Shown here piece after piece: positions 30,525-39,386 of a stretch of 64,000 nucleotides of DNA. The stretch spans positions 20,335 through 84,334 of the forward strand of contig JAJYYP010000001.1 in assembly GCA_021800855.1 (NCBI GenBank). Direction: 5' to 3'. The stretch is from an archaeon (GTDB lineage Archaea; Thermoproteota; Nitrososphaeria; Nitrososphaerales; Gagatemarchaeaceae). Under the pieces are notes generated by a model, which ran no database searches, had not been told where the DNA came from, and was given only the letters and a program-made list of their open reading frames with translations. Position numbers and translations under genes: made by a program. Numbering within the stretch: the first letter of the stretch is position 1; every line of letters begins with the position of its first letter.

Positions 30525-31151
30525 TTGAACCCCCTGCTGCTGGAGGCAGCCGCCATACTTGCAATCTCCTTCGTCTCCAACATATCGCCCTTCTTTGGGG
30601 CGTCCTACACCTTCTTCGCCACCCTTGACCTCATCCTGATAGGGTTCACGCCGGCCAACTTCCTTGCGGTAGTGGCGTTCTCGGCGGCTGGGGCTGCGCT
30701 CGGGAAGCTCGTAATCTACTACGGTGCGTTCGGGTTGAGGCGTTTCCTCGTCGGCAACAAGAACGTCCAGCTGATAGGGAGGAACGCGTCCAAGCGCACT
30801 TTCTATGCTGTCCTCTTCGTCGCCGCATTCCTCCCCGTCCTTCCCCTGGACGACTTCATATACATCGGAGCAGGCGCGACGTCGGCATCGCTCTCAGCGA
30901 TGGGTGGAGTTACGTTCGGGGCGAAGCTGCTTAAGAGCGCGGTGGAGATAGGGATCGAGTTCACCATACTGAAGGAAGTGATAAGGGCGTTCACTTTCTC
31001 TAACGTCTGGCTGACCATCGCGGTCACGGCGGGGTTCATCGCTGTCGGGATATTGATCTACCAGCTCGACTGGGAAGCCCTCGCCAAGAGATACCTCCAC
31101 ATCGAGCTCGACAGTGACCAGCTATCGGACGAAGAGACGCAAGCCATATAG
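30525..31151 (+). CDS. membrane protein, possibly DedA/VTT-like
   Basis: 208 aa, multiple TM segments. AAFLPVLPLDDFIYIGAGAT resembles the VTT re-entrant motif. TTG start. Confidence 0.5.
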   Translation: MNPLLLEAAAILAISFVSNISPFFGASYTFFATLDLILIGFTPANFLAVVAFSAAGAALGKLVIYYGAFGLRRFLVGNKNVQLIGRNASKRTFYAVLFVAAFLPVLPLDDFIYIGAGATSASLSAMGGVTFGAKLLKSAVEIGIEFTILKEVIRAFTFSNVWLTIAVTAGFIAVGILIYQLDWEALAKRYLHIELDSDQLSDEETQAI

Positions 31152-31176
31152 TTTCTCGGAGAGGGTCGCCCCTCGC

Positions 31177-31261
31177 GCGGGGGTCGCCCAGCCTGGTCAA
31201 CGGCGCGAGGCTTAGGACCTCGTCCCTTAGGGGTTCGTGGGTTCGAATCCCACCCCCCGCA
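31177..31261 (+). tRNA. tRNA-Leu, anticodon UAG, class II (long variable arm), no encoded CCA
   Basis: Hand-folded cloverleaf. Acceptor GCGGGGG/CCCCCGC. Anticodon stem CGAGG/CCTCG with loop CTTAGGA. Variable arm TCCCTTAGGGGTTC. T-arm GTGGG-TTCGAAT-CCCAC. Discriminator A. Confidence 0.9.
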
Positions 31262-31262
31262 T
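31250..31262 (+). repeat. direct repeat copy 1 (CCACCCCCCGCAT), 3' end of tRNA-Leu
   Basis: Identical 13-mer at 32620-32632. Confidence 0.7.
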
Positions 31263-31321
31263 CCACATTTTTGGCCTGACTTGGGCCGTGGTTGCGAACC
31301 CCGTATGAAGAACTTCGATTG

Positions 31322-31735
31322 TCAGAAAATATTCATCCAGATCGTTTCGGGGAGGCCTTCGAAGTGCTCGTCTCCGGTAAGAACCTTCCCGTCGCTCTTT
31401 TTAGCCACGGCTAGAACCAGCGCGTCGAACAGGCTGGGCTTCTTGAGCCCGGCGTCTTTTGACATCTTCTCCAACTGAAGATATGCCTTGGCGGCCTCGA
31501 CGGCGATGCCGTCGTCGATGTATGCGGGCTCTGAGGCTTCCAGAATCGTGGAGATCCTCTGACGAGTAGTTTCATCGTCGATGGCCTCTCGGATGTACTT
31601 TCGGCCTACTTCGGCGAGGACAGTATCGGGAGTGATCACGGATTCGGCTTCCTCCATTATACTCTTCGCGAGCTCCCCTTTCCGCGTCCCTGCGAAAAGC
31701 TCTATCCAGGCATAGGCGTCAGCTACGATCTTCAC
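31322..31735 (-). CDS. vapC: PIN-domain ribonuclease toxin (VapC-like)
   Basis: Acidic PIN residues in expected order (VADAY, LAEV, FDALVLAVA, TGDEHF). GTG at 31733-31735 preferred. The ORF-track ATG at 31771 would overlap vapB by 53 nt. Confidence 0.75.
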   Translation of the reverse strand: MKIVADAYAWIELFAGTRKGELAKSIMEEAESVITPDTVLAEVGRKYIREAIDDETTRQRISTILEASEPAYIDDGIAVEAAKAYLQLEKMSKDAGLKKPSLFDALVLAVAKKSDGKVLTGDEHFEGLPETIWMNIF

Positions 31736-31925
31736 CGCGATCTCCCTCGCCGAATGCCCGGAGCTTACCACGGTCCGCGCCGAACGATTCCTCTAGCAGT
31801 TCCTTCCTGTGTCGAGCAACGAGCGTCTGTATGGTTTCGTCCAGGGTCGCCTTGCGCAGCCTATGTTGCAGGACTGCGAGCTTCTTCGCCGTGTCCTTCG
31901 AGACTTTCACCGTCGTCGATTCCAT
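31719..31925 (-). CDS. vapB: putative antitoxin (VapB-like)
   Basis: 68-aa ORF immediately upstream of, and overlapping, the PIN gene. Small and charged. Confidence 0.55.
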   Translation of the reverse strand: MESTTVKVSKDTAKKLAVLQHRLRKATLDETIQTLVARHRKELLEESFGADRGKLRAFGEGDRGEDRS

Positions 31926-31928
31926 GTC

Positions 31929-31955
31929 GGTATAGAGTATTCTGGTATATTTAAG
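31929..31955 (-). promoter_or_regulatory. vapBC promoter/operator candidate
   Basis: Minus-strand CTTAAATATA about 21 nt upstream of the vapB ATG. Two GGTATA direct repeats at 31929-31934 and 31944-31949. Confidence 0.35.
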
Positions 31956-32257
31956 AACTCCATGAGAGGCGTCTGGCAGCCAGGACCACTCGGTGAAAGT
32001 GGCCCGGGTGGTGAACCCCCATCAATCATTTCCATTGGGTGGGCAGGCTTAGTCGTATCCCACTCCCGGCACATCAGTTCCACGGAACTCCCCGCTCCAG
32101 ATAGTCCCTCCGTCGGAAGATCGTGTCGGGGTTTTAGTTGCTGAGGGAGACTACACGGAGTCTGATGAACCAGATTGTCAGGCGTACCAAAGAGAGTCCG
32201 CCCTCCTTTTATTTGCGAGGAGACTGAGAAAAGGTTGAGCGTCGAGCTGAGAAAGAG

Positions 32258-32553
32258 ATGGTAGATAGAGTGTACAAGAAGGACTTGGCCAGGCTGAGGA
32301 AGGATTTCGAGGAACTGCGGGAGAACTTCTCCAGCCTAAATCTATCAAAGACAGACTGGTCGAACTGAGGATTGACCCATTGCTGAAGCACCTGGATTCG
32401 CTGGAACAGCTGTTGCACTCAGAGGAGTTCTCGCGAGAATTTTCGCATTTGAGAAGTGATGTCCAGCTGTTCCATTCAGACCTGGTGTACCTTCGAGAGA
32501 ATGTCAAAGGGCTGGAAGAGATACTCCACTCCGAGAAGTCAACTACGAAGTAG
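32258..32553 (+). pseudogene. coiled-coil protein gene (about 97 aa if intact), frame broken once
   Basis: ATG 32258 reads MVDRVYKKDLARLRKDFEELRENF.. to TGA at 32366. The frame offset by 2 reads ..LLQPKSIKDRLVELRIDPLLKHLDSLEQLLHSEEFSREFSHLRSDVQLFHSDLVYLRENVKGLEEILHSEKSTTK to TAG at 32551. Confidence 0.4.
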
Positions 32554-32560
32554 GAGAGCC

Positions 32561-32578
32561 GGCTTCCGGTTGGAAGCC
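32561..32578 (+). other. perfect 7-bp stem-loop GGCTTCC-GGTT-GGAAGCC just after the coiled-coil ORF
   Basis: Read directly from the sequence, 8 nt after the TAG. Confidence 0.5.
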
Positions 32579-32619
32579 TCGACGGCTGTTGAACACTCCC
32601 AACATGTTAGGCAAACCTA

Positions 32620-32632
32620 CCACCCCCCGCAT
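32620..32632 (+). repeat. direct repeat copy 2 (CCACCCCCCGCAT)
   Basis: Perfect match to tRNA-Leu 31250-31262. Confidence 0.7.
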
Positions 32633-32763
32633 GTTTACAACGAGGGCAGTACCGTGCTGTGTCGCATCGCCCCCCAACTGCTACGCCTGCCCGAAGAATC
32701 ACCGCTTCCACCTCCATGAAGGCATGTGGGCGGAGCGACACAGCTTCTGCCAAGTGAAGCGTC

Positions 32764-33099
32764 TTAGAAGAGCGACTGAAGGTCGCAGAGTGCCTGTTGC
32801 GCCTCTCTGAAGACCGATTCGACGCCTATAGGTTCTCTCCCCTTCATAAGATACGAGGCGCTCAAGAGGACAGCGCCGGGGACATCGGTGATTGGGCCTA
32901 GCGGGTCGGGCGAAAGCAGAATCATAATCCCCAATTTCTTCAGTGTCTTCGAAATTGAACGCGGCTTGACAACGTCATCGAGCATTTTCCTCGTCTCAGC
33001 ATTGGATATGCTCTCGGCTACGTGCGCCCTATCTTGGGAGGTTCTCGTGAGAGAATCCGCTATAGACTTCGAGAGCTTTGCCTGGCTTTTCAACGCCAT
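32764..33099 (-). CDS. hypothetical 111-aa protein
   Basis: ORF with a helical charged N-terminus and a hydrophobic centre (LGIMILLSPDPLGPI). No motif recognised. Codons are more A/T-ending than the genome norm. Confidence 0.4.
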   Translation of the reverse strand: MALKSQAKLSKSIADSLTRTSQDRAHVAESISNAETRKMLDDVVKPRSISKTLKKLGIMILLSPDPLGPITDVPGAVLLSASYLMKGREPIGVESVFREAQQALCDLQSLF

Positions 33100-33329
33100 C
33101 CAATAGGGATTGGCCAGTTAAGCAGGTGCAGTCAATAGTTCTAGTCGCTGCACTCAGTTGTTGCAATTCCTCCTGCCGAGCCGGTGGCGCCGCGTTCGCA
33201 CACAACGATGGGCGCCCAGGGGAGGATAGCTCGTCTGAGGCCGATGGGCTAGCCGGTCACATACCCTTCGCGACCGGAATCACGAAACTAATCATTCGGT
33301 CCATTTGTCAACCTGAATGGGCATGCAAG

Positions 33330-33902
33330 TCAGAGTCCCACCCCCGCACTAAGGGTGGCTTGAGAGGGCCCGGAGAAGCGCCCCTTGGTCTCGGCCTCGC
33401 CTGAGACCCCCACCCCGGCTGAAGCATCCCCGAAGAAGAGAAGATAGCTGACCACAGCGAAGTCCAAGATTATGGCGACGTGCATCATTGTACAGTACAC
33501 ACAGATGGCCCGGATGATGTAGAGCTCTACGAAGAGGAGGTAAGGGACGATGATCACACCGATGAAGCGCCATCCGAAGAGGACTTCCAGCGCGAGGCTC
33601 GAGACCCGAGGCGAACCGAACACGAAGAGGTACACCAACCCGAGGTTGGCCAGGAAATAGGCCATGGCGAGGAGCTCGAGCGGGACCCCGAACACTCTGC
33701 TGTACTGGCTGCTGAGGACGGCCCCGCAGTCGAAGTGGAGGCCGTAGAAGCTCGCTGTAGGGCAGAGCGGGAGTTGCTGATGAAGAGAGTAGAAGATCAC
33801 GAGCACCGTCCCCGACGCCCAGAGCCCGAAGACGGACATCGCGACAAGGACGAGCAGCTTCAGCCAGGATATTCTCATGTGGGACCCGGCAGCTGGCTCC
33901 AC
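33330..33902 (-). CDS. vitamin K epoxide reductase (VKOR) family membrane protein
   Basis: Loop cysteines (LPLCP...HFDCG), motif FGVPLELLAMAYF, and a CVYC redox motif in the last TM helix. Confidence 0.7.
   Translation of the reverse strand: MEPAAGSHMRISWLKLLVLVAMSVFGLWASGTVLVIFYSLHQQLPLCPTASFYGLHFDCGAVLSSQYSRVFGVPLELLAMAYFLANLGLVYLFVFGSPRVSSLALEVLFGWRFIGVIIVPYLLFVELYIIRAICVYCTMMHVAIILDFAVVSYLLFFGDASAGVGVSGEAETKGRFSGPSQATLSAGVGL
33336..33348 (+). repeat. imperfect third copy of the tRNA 3'-end repeat (TCCCACCCCCGCA, one C shorter)
   Basis: Lies inside the 3' end of the VKOR-like gene. Could be chance. Confidence 0.3.
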
Positions 33903-33917
33903 GACCCCAGTGCGCGC

Positions 33918-35570
33918 ATGACAGCTCGGCGGGCTGGGAGGGGGACAGGCGGTTTAAGTGAAGTCCCGAACACGATAGGCAACTCTTTTAGTCAATGCAG
34001 GCGCGAGAAGAGCAGTTTGCAGTCTGGCGGGCTCGAGCCGCGCGACTATCAGAAGAAGATAGCCGAGGTGGCGTCCAAGACCAACACCCTGGTCGTCCTA
34101 CCGACAGGGCTTGGCAAGACCATCATCGCCATGCTGGTCACTGAGAGGTCGCTGGCCTCGAGGCCAGGGTCCAAGGTGATGGTGCTTGCCCCCACGAGGC
34201 CACTCGTCCTGCAGCATCTGCGCTCCTTCTGCGAGGGGTTGAAGCTCCCGGAAGGGTCGATGGTCGCCCTCACCGGGACGGTGGACCCTGGCGAGAGGGA
34301 AGTCTTGTGGATGAAGGCTCAGGTGATATTCGCGACGCCCCAGACGGTATACAACGACGTCCGACATGGGAGGGTCTCTCTGAAGGATGTTTCCCTCGCG
34401 GTCTTCGACGAGGCGCACAGGAGCGTCAGGGACTATACATACACCAAGCTGGCGAGCGCCTACATGGAGGGAGCTGACATGCCCCTGATACTGGGTCTGA
34501 CCGCGTCCCCAGGCGCATCCAAGGACAAGGTGAACGAGATCAAGAGGAGCCTGTTCATAGAGGCGGTGGAGGCGAGAAGCGAACAAAGCGAGGATGTTAA
34601 GGGGTACGTCGAGAAGACGGATATCGAGCCCATCAAGGTCAGAGTCCCTGACGAATACTACGAAACTATCCTTAGGCTCAGGGAACTGTTCAACGACAGG
34701 GTGAAGAAACTCGTCAGCGGCGGGTTCCTCAAGAGCAACCGAGCGTCGAAGAAGGCGCTCCTTGAGGCTAGGGCTGTCATATCGGCTAGGCTCAAGGCCA
34801 CGCAGGCTGGCGGAGGGCAGAAGGGATACATATTCGGAGCCATCATGAACCAGGCTCAGGCAGTCGCCATCCTACACGCCATCGAGATGGTCGAGACCCA
34901 GGGCCCTGGGACCCTAAACAGGTACCTGACTAAGATGCGCGAGCGGCCAGACAAGGGGAAGTCGATTTCATCCCTCCTGAGGGACCCGGCCTGGGAGAGA
35001 GTCGAAGAAGAGGCGGCAAAGCTCGCATCGTTCCCGCACCCCAAGGTGTCGGTGATGCTCTCCGTGGTCAGGACCCAGCTCGCAAAGAAGCACGACTCCA
35101 GGGTGATAGTGTTCACCCAGTACCGGGACACCATAGAAGAACTCGTCAGGGCGTTTGAAGGCGAGGGGGTGTCTGCTAGGAGGTTCGTGGGCCAGGCGGA
35201 CAGAGATGGGAGCCTGGGGATGGACCAGCAGTCCCAGACAGAGACACTGGAACGGTTCAGGGACGGCGAGTTCAGGGTGCTGGTGAGCAGCAGCATTGGA
35301 GAGGAGGGGCTGCACGTCCCAGACGTAGATCTGGTGGTATTCTATGAGGCGGTCCCCTCAGAGATCAGATACATACAGCGCCGCGGGAGGACTGGGAGGA
35401 CGACCGAGGGGAGGGTCGTAATCCTCCTGGCCGAGGGGACGGTAGACGAGTCTTATTACTACAGCACCCTGCTGAAAGAGAACAGGATGAGGGAACTGGT
35501 GAAGCAGACGGGGAAGAAGCAGCCACGGAAGAGGGCCAGAGACCCGACGCTGATGGATTTCCTTGGCTAA
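33918..35570 (+). CDS. Hef/FANCM/Mph1-like SF2 helicase (COG1111-type), helicase domains only
   Basis: Motifs EPRDYQ, LPTGLGKT, DEAH, LGLTASPG and QRRGRTGR. The ORF-track start at 33480 lies inside the VKOR gene. The first ATG is 33918. An in-frame TTG around 34016 gives an N-terminus right before EPRDYQ. Confidence 0.8.
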   Translation: MTARRAGRGTGGLSEVPNTIGNSFSQCRREKSSLQSGGLEPRDYQKKIAEVASKTNTLVVLPTGLGKTIIAMLVTERSLASRPGSKVMVLAPTRPLVLQHLRSFCEGLKLPEGSMVALTGTVDPGEREVLWMKAQVIFATPQTVYNDVRHGRVSLKDVSLAVFDEAHRSVRDYTYTKLASAYMEGADMPLILGLTASPGASKDKVNEIKRSLFIEAVEARSEQSEDVKGYVEKTDIEPIKVRVPDEYYETILRLRELFNDRVKKLVSGGFLKSNRASKKALLEARAVISARLKATQAGGGQKGYIFGAIMNQAQAVAILHAIEMVETQGPGTLNRYLTKMRERPDKGKSISSLLRDPAWERVEEEAAKLASFPHPKVSVMLSVVRTQLAKKHDSRVIVFTQYRDTIEELVRAFEGEGVSARRFVGQADRDGSLGMDQQSQTETLERFRDGEFRVLVSSSIGEEGLHVPDVDLVVFYEAVPSEIRYIQRRGRTGRTTEGRVVILLAEGTVDESYYYSTLLKENRMRELVKQTGKKQPRKRARDPTLMDFLG

Positions 35571-37060
35571 TCCTTTCTTCCGACAACAGAGACCTTGATG
35601 AGGTTGGTCGTCCCCTTTACCCCGGGGGTCCCAGATATCACCACGATAAGATCTCCCTTCTTCGCCAACCCTACCTCCTCGGCTGCCGCGTCGGCCCGGC
35701 CGAAGAGCCAATCGACTGTCTTCGCCTGCCTTGTCACGATGGACACAACGCCCCGGTAGAGGCAGAGCCATCTGGCCACCTGGGCGCTGGAGCAGATGGC
35801 GAGTATCGGCTGGCTGGGCCGGTTCATGGATACCCGCCGAGCAGTCGAACCAGTCTGGGTGGGGGCCACTATGGCCTTGGCCCCAACGTAGTCCGCAAGC
35901 CTGCAGGCTGCACGCGCGATAGCGGGGCCCGTCTCGTGGGCGGCGGGCGTAATGGCAGGGACCTCGTAGGGATGGGGGGACTTCTCTGTAGTCCGGGCGA
36001 TCCTATCGAGCATCTTCGCAGCCTCGACTGGATACTTCCCTACGGTCGTCTCGTCAGAGAGCATCACAGCGTCGGTCCCTTCGATTATCGCGGTGGAGAC
36101 GTCCGTCACCTCTGCCCTGCTCGGCACCGGAGAGCTCACCATGCTCAGGAGCATCTGCGTTGCGACGATCACAGGCTTGGCCGCTTCGTTGCACTTCGTG
36201 ATTATCTTCTTTTGGATCTCTGGGACGGTCTCGATGGGGACTTCGATCCCCAGGTCACCCCTGGCCACCATTATCCCGTCCGCCTCGGCCAGGATAGAGT
36301 CAAACTCCTTCACTGCCTCCATCTTCTCTATCTTGGCGATGAGCATTGGCCCATCCCTTGGAAGGAGTCTCCTGATCGACCTGAGGTCGGACCCCGAGCG
36401 GACGAACGAAGCTGCTACGAAGTCGACATGCTGTCGCAGTCCGAACTGGATGTGAGACACGTCGTTTTTGGTCGGATACTCGACCTTCAGCCTTACGCCA
36501 GGAGCGTTGATTCCCTTGCCGGAGCTCAGGACGCCACCTGCCTGGACGGTACAGGCAACGGAACCGTGCGACGCGTCCTCTACCCTGAGCCTGATCACGC
36601 CGTCGGCGAGGTGAAGCATATCCCCTCTTTCCACCGATTCGAGGAGCGGAGGGTAGGTCACGGGGATCCTCCTAGAGTCGCCCTCCGCCTCGGACGCGTC
36701 GAGCACCACCGTGGACCCCTGGACCAGCGTGGCAGAACCCCCCGCCATCTTCCCGACCCTAATCTTCGGGCCGGGGAGGTCCTGGAGGATGGCCACCGAC
36801 TTTCCCTGCGCCTTGCCCTCCGCACGGATGGTCTGGATCTCCATCCGATGGCTGTCCCTGTCCCCGTGCGAGAAGTTGATCCTGAACACGTCGACAAGGT
36901 CGACGAGCGCTTTGACTGTCTCAGGATTGCTGCTGGCAGGACCGATTGTGACGACTATCTTGGTCTTCCTCAAGGTAGGACGGCCCCCCCTCCGGCTCGC
37001 TCGGGATAAGTTAGACGCAATATCGTCAGCAGCTTCCTTGGTTCGCGTTGGGTCCTTCAT
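35567..37060 (-). CDS. pyk: pyruvate kinase
   Basis: Motifs KIVVTIGPAS, FRINFSHG, MVARGDLGIE and the ATQMLLSM region. Confidence 0.95.
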   Translation of the reverse strand: MKDPTRTKEAADDIASNLSRASRRGGRPTLRKTKIVVTIGPASSNPETVKALVDLVDVFRINFSHGDRDSHRMEIQTIRAEGKAQGKSVAILQDLPGPKIRVGKMAGGSATLVQGSTVVLDASEAEGDSRRIPVTYPPLLESVERGDMLHLADGVIRLRVEDASHGSVACTVQAGGVLSSGKGINAPGVRLKVEYPTKNDVSHIQFGLRQHVDFVAASFVRSGSDLRSIRRLLPRDGPMLIAKIEKMEAVKEFDSILAEADGIMVARGDLGIEVPIETVPEIQKKIITKCNEAAKPVIVATQMLLSMVSSPVPSRAEVTDVSTAIIEGTDAVMLSDETTVGKYPVEAAKMLDRIARTTEKSPHPYEVPAITPAAHETGPAIARAACRLADYVGAKAIVAPTQTGSTARRVSMNRPSQPILAICSSAQVARWLCLYRGVVSIVTRQAKTVDWLFGRADAAAEEVGLAKKGDLIVVISGTPGVKGTTNLIKVSVVGRKD

Positions 37061-37623
37061 GAAGGCGTGCTGGCGCCGACCCTAATCAGCTGTCTGCTGG
37101 ACAGGCTCCAGAGGATGAGCAGGATCACGAGGATGTCGAATATGAGGAGGCCGAGCTGGGCCGAGAAGTAACTGAGCAAGCCGTCCACCACGAAGAGCGG
37201 CCCCACGGTCAGCCTCTGCCTCATCTCGGTGAGGAGGGACGCCCTCTTATCCTGGGGGATCTCCACTCCGTACTCTCTGAGGATGAATCTGATCAGCAGA
37301 GCCCAAGTTATGATGATCATTCCGACCACCCCTGAGATATAGGCGGTCCCTCCGAACTTGAGGGTGAACGGGATGAGGGAGATCAGTATGAGGATGAAGA
37401 TGTCAAGGATTGGGAAGTTCATCGTCTTAGGTGGGTAGGCGAGCCTGTCGACGACGTACCCCCACCAGAACCAGATGACGAGGATGTTTGTCGATACATA
37501 GGATATTATGGTATTGAGGTCGAGGGTCGCGACGAAGGTTGCAGTGAAGGCAAGCGATATCGCGACCACCATAGTAGCCAGCTCGAGGACCAGGACGTTG
37601 ACAGTCTGCCTGTCTTGGGCCAT
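37057..37623 (-). CDS. polytopic membrane protein, unknown function, coupled to pyk (ATGA overlap)
   Basis: 188 aa with about 5-6 hydrophobic helices. Confidence 0.5.
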   Translation of the reverse strand: MAQDRQTVNVLVLELATMVVAISLAFTATFVATLDLNTIISYVSTNILVIWFWWGYVVDRLAYPPKTMNFPILDIFILILISLIPFTLKFGGTAYISGVVGMIIITWALLIRFILREYGVEIPQDKRASLLTEMRQRLTVGPLFVVDGLLSYFSAQLGLLIFDILVILLILWSLSSRQLIRVGASTPS

Positions 37624-37635
37624 GCTCGCTCACTC

Positions 37636-39336
37636 TTAGCTAGGACGGGGATCTACGGCTGGGGCACCAGTCGGCCTGTTCCCTGGCCTCATGCTGGGGT
37701 CACCTGGTCTCTCGACGCCTCTAAGCTCTTCGAAGTGCACATACGTGCTGCCGCGGAGGGCTGAGGCTACGGCCGCTGCCACCGAGAGGATCCCGCCTAT
37801 GTAGAATGTGAGCCTGAGAGCCGACATGAAAGCGGGGGCTATGGCCGTGGGGAAGAAGCTCTTCCCTGTCAGGTATGCCAGAGTGGTCGAAGGGATGGAC
37901 GACGTCAGGGACGCCGGCGCGGCGCTCAGCGTCGACGCGACTGGGTTGTAACCCAAAAAGGCTGCGAAGAGAGCGTTGGTTGGCGGAATCTGCTTGAAGG
38001 TCGCGGCGAGCTGCGGCACCCCCGCACTCGTGAGTGCATTCCCCAGCGCCCCGGGGAGCGAGGCAGCCAGAGCGATGAGGACGATGGAGAAGAAGACGCC
38101 GAGGCTAGCGGTCTGCCCGACGTTTTGAATCGTCGCCCTCATCCCGGATGCAGCCCCCCGCGACTCCGCAGGGGACGCGTTCATAATCGCCGCAGTGTTT
38201 GGAGCAGCGAACATCCCTCCTCCGAGGCCCATCACGAAGATTATCGCCGCGAACTCAGGGTAGGCGAAGTTGTAGGGAAGGAACGAGAGTAGTATGAACG
38301 TGGCACCGGTTACAACCATGCCAAGGGTGGCTAGGAATCTCGCCCCCCGCCTGTCAGATATCCGCCCGCTTATCGGACCCATTATCACGAAGCCGACCAG
38401 CATGGGGATGATGTAGATTCCGGACCAGAAGGGGGTAGACTGGTAAGAGTAGCCGTGAAGCGGGAGCCAAATCCCTTGGAGCAGGATGATAAGCATCAGT
38501 TGGACCCCGCCCCTTCCTATTGCAGCGAGGAGGCCTGCGAAATTCCCGGCGCTGAACGCCTTGTTCCTGAAGAGGTCGAGCCTGAACATCGGGTCCTCGA
38601 CCCTCATCTCTATGAATGGGAAGGCTATTAGGAGCGCTGCTCCTCCCAGCAGCGCACCGATGACCCCCGGGCTACCCCATCCCATGTCAGAAGCACCGTA
38701 GGGTTGGAGTCCGTAAGTGACCCCGACGAGCAGCAGGACCAGCCCGAGTGCGAAAGTCACGTTCCCCCAGTAGTCGAGCTTCTGATGCTTCTTCACCGAT
38801 ACCACCTCCTTCAGCTTGAGGTAGGACCAGGCGGTCCCGAAGATGCCGACCGGGACGCTGACGAGGAAGATGAAGCGCCAGTTGATCGTGGCGAGCACGC
38901 CCCCCACTATTATCCCCAACAGCGAGCCAGCCAGGGCCGCGACCATGTTGATGCCGAGGGCCTGCGCCCTCTCGTTTGCTGGGAAAGCGTCCGTCACGAT
39001 GGCGGCGCTGTTTGACCACAGGAAGGCGCCTCCGACCCCCTGAATGATTCTGAAAGTGATGAGCTCGATGGCCCCTGCACTCCCGGTACTGGGGGTGAGG
39101 TAGGCCAGGAACGAGCCGACGGTGAATATGGCGAATCCAAGGTTGTAGAGCCTGACCCTTCCGAACATGTCAGATATCCTCCCGAAGGTCACAAGGAGGG
39201 TGGCGGTGACTATGCTGTACCCAAACAGGATCCAGAGCAAATACTGGAACGAGCCCGCAGCGAGAGGATCGATCTTTATCCCGTTGAAGATGGCAGGGAG
39301 AGAAATCAAGACGATGGTACCGTCTATCGTGGCCAT
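37636..39336 (-). CDS. MFS transporter, DHA2 family (paralog of 21829-23289)
   Basis: Motif GRISDMFGR and about 14 TM segments. The frame stays open upstream to 39399 and there encodes the family-typical ..[16 protein letters not shown]-terminus with no canonical start codon. Confidence 0.85.
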   Translation of the reverse strand: MATIDGTIVLISLPAIFNGIKIDPLAAGSFQYLLWILFGYSIVTATLLVTFGRISDMFGRVRLYNLGFAIFTVGSFLAYLTPSTGSAGAIELITFRIIQGVGGAFLWSNSAAIVTDAFPANERAQALGINMVAALAGSLLGIIVGGVLATINWRFIFLVSVPVGIFGTAWSYLKLKEVVSVKKHQKLDYWGNVTFALGLVLLLVGVTYGLQPYGASDMGWGSPGVIGALLGGAALLIAFPFIEMRVEDPMFRLDLFRNKAFSAGNFAGLLAAIGRGGVQLMLIILLQGIWLPLHGYSYQSTPFWSGIYIIPMLVGFVIMGPISGRISDRRGARFLATLGMVVTGATFILLSFLPYNFAYPEFAAIIFVMGLGGGMFAAPNTAAIMNASPAESRGAASGMRATIQNVGQTASLGVFFSIVLIALAASLPGALGNALTSAGVPQLAATFKQIPPTNALFAAFLGYNPVASTLSAAPASLTSSIPSTTLAYLTGKSFFPTAIAPAFMSALRLTFYIGGILSVAAAVASALRGSTYVHFEELRGVERPGDPSMRPGNRPTGAPAVDPRPS

Positions 39337-39386
39337 CAGGACCCCGATTGTGGTGTTCGAGAGTACGGTCCACTTGTACTGCGTGC

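Noticed and set aside
31036-31266. 76-aa minus-strand ORF
   Set aside because: It overlaps the tRNA-Leu gene and the end of the DedA-like gene, so it is an artefact.
32155-32230. CUGAUGA motif (32162-32168), considered as a hammerhead core or a C/D-box sRNA C box, with a CUGA at 32224-32227
   Set aside because: For a hammerhead there is no stem II hairpin followed by GAAA. For a C/D sRNA there are no internal D'/C' boxes, the C-to-D spacing is 55 nt, and there is no terminal stem.
33100-33329. Inverted repeat GTGCAG...CTGCAC (around 33126-33155) and a possible tRNA fragment near 33210-33260
   Set aside because: The repeat has only 6 bp per arm with a 17-nt spacer, which is within chance expectation. 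The tRNA-like stretch has no T-loop or anticodon-arm structure.
35936-37009. 357-aa plus-strand ORF
   Set aside because: It is antisense to pyruvate kinase and its composition is not protein-like.
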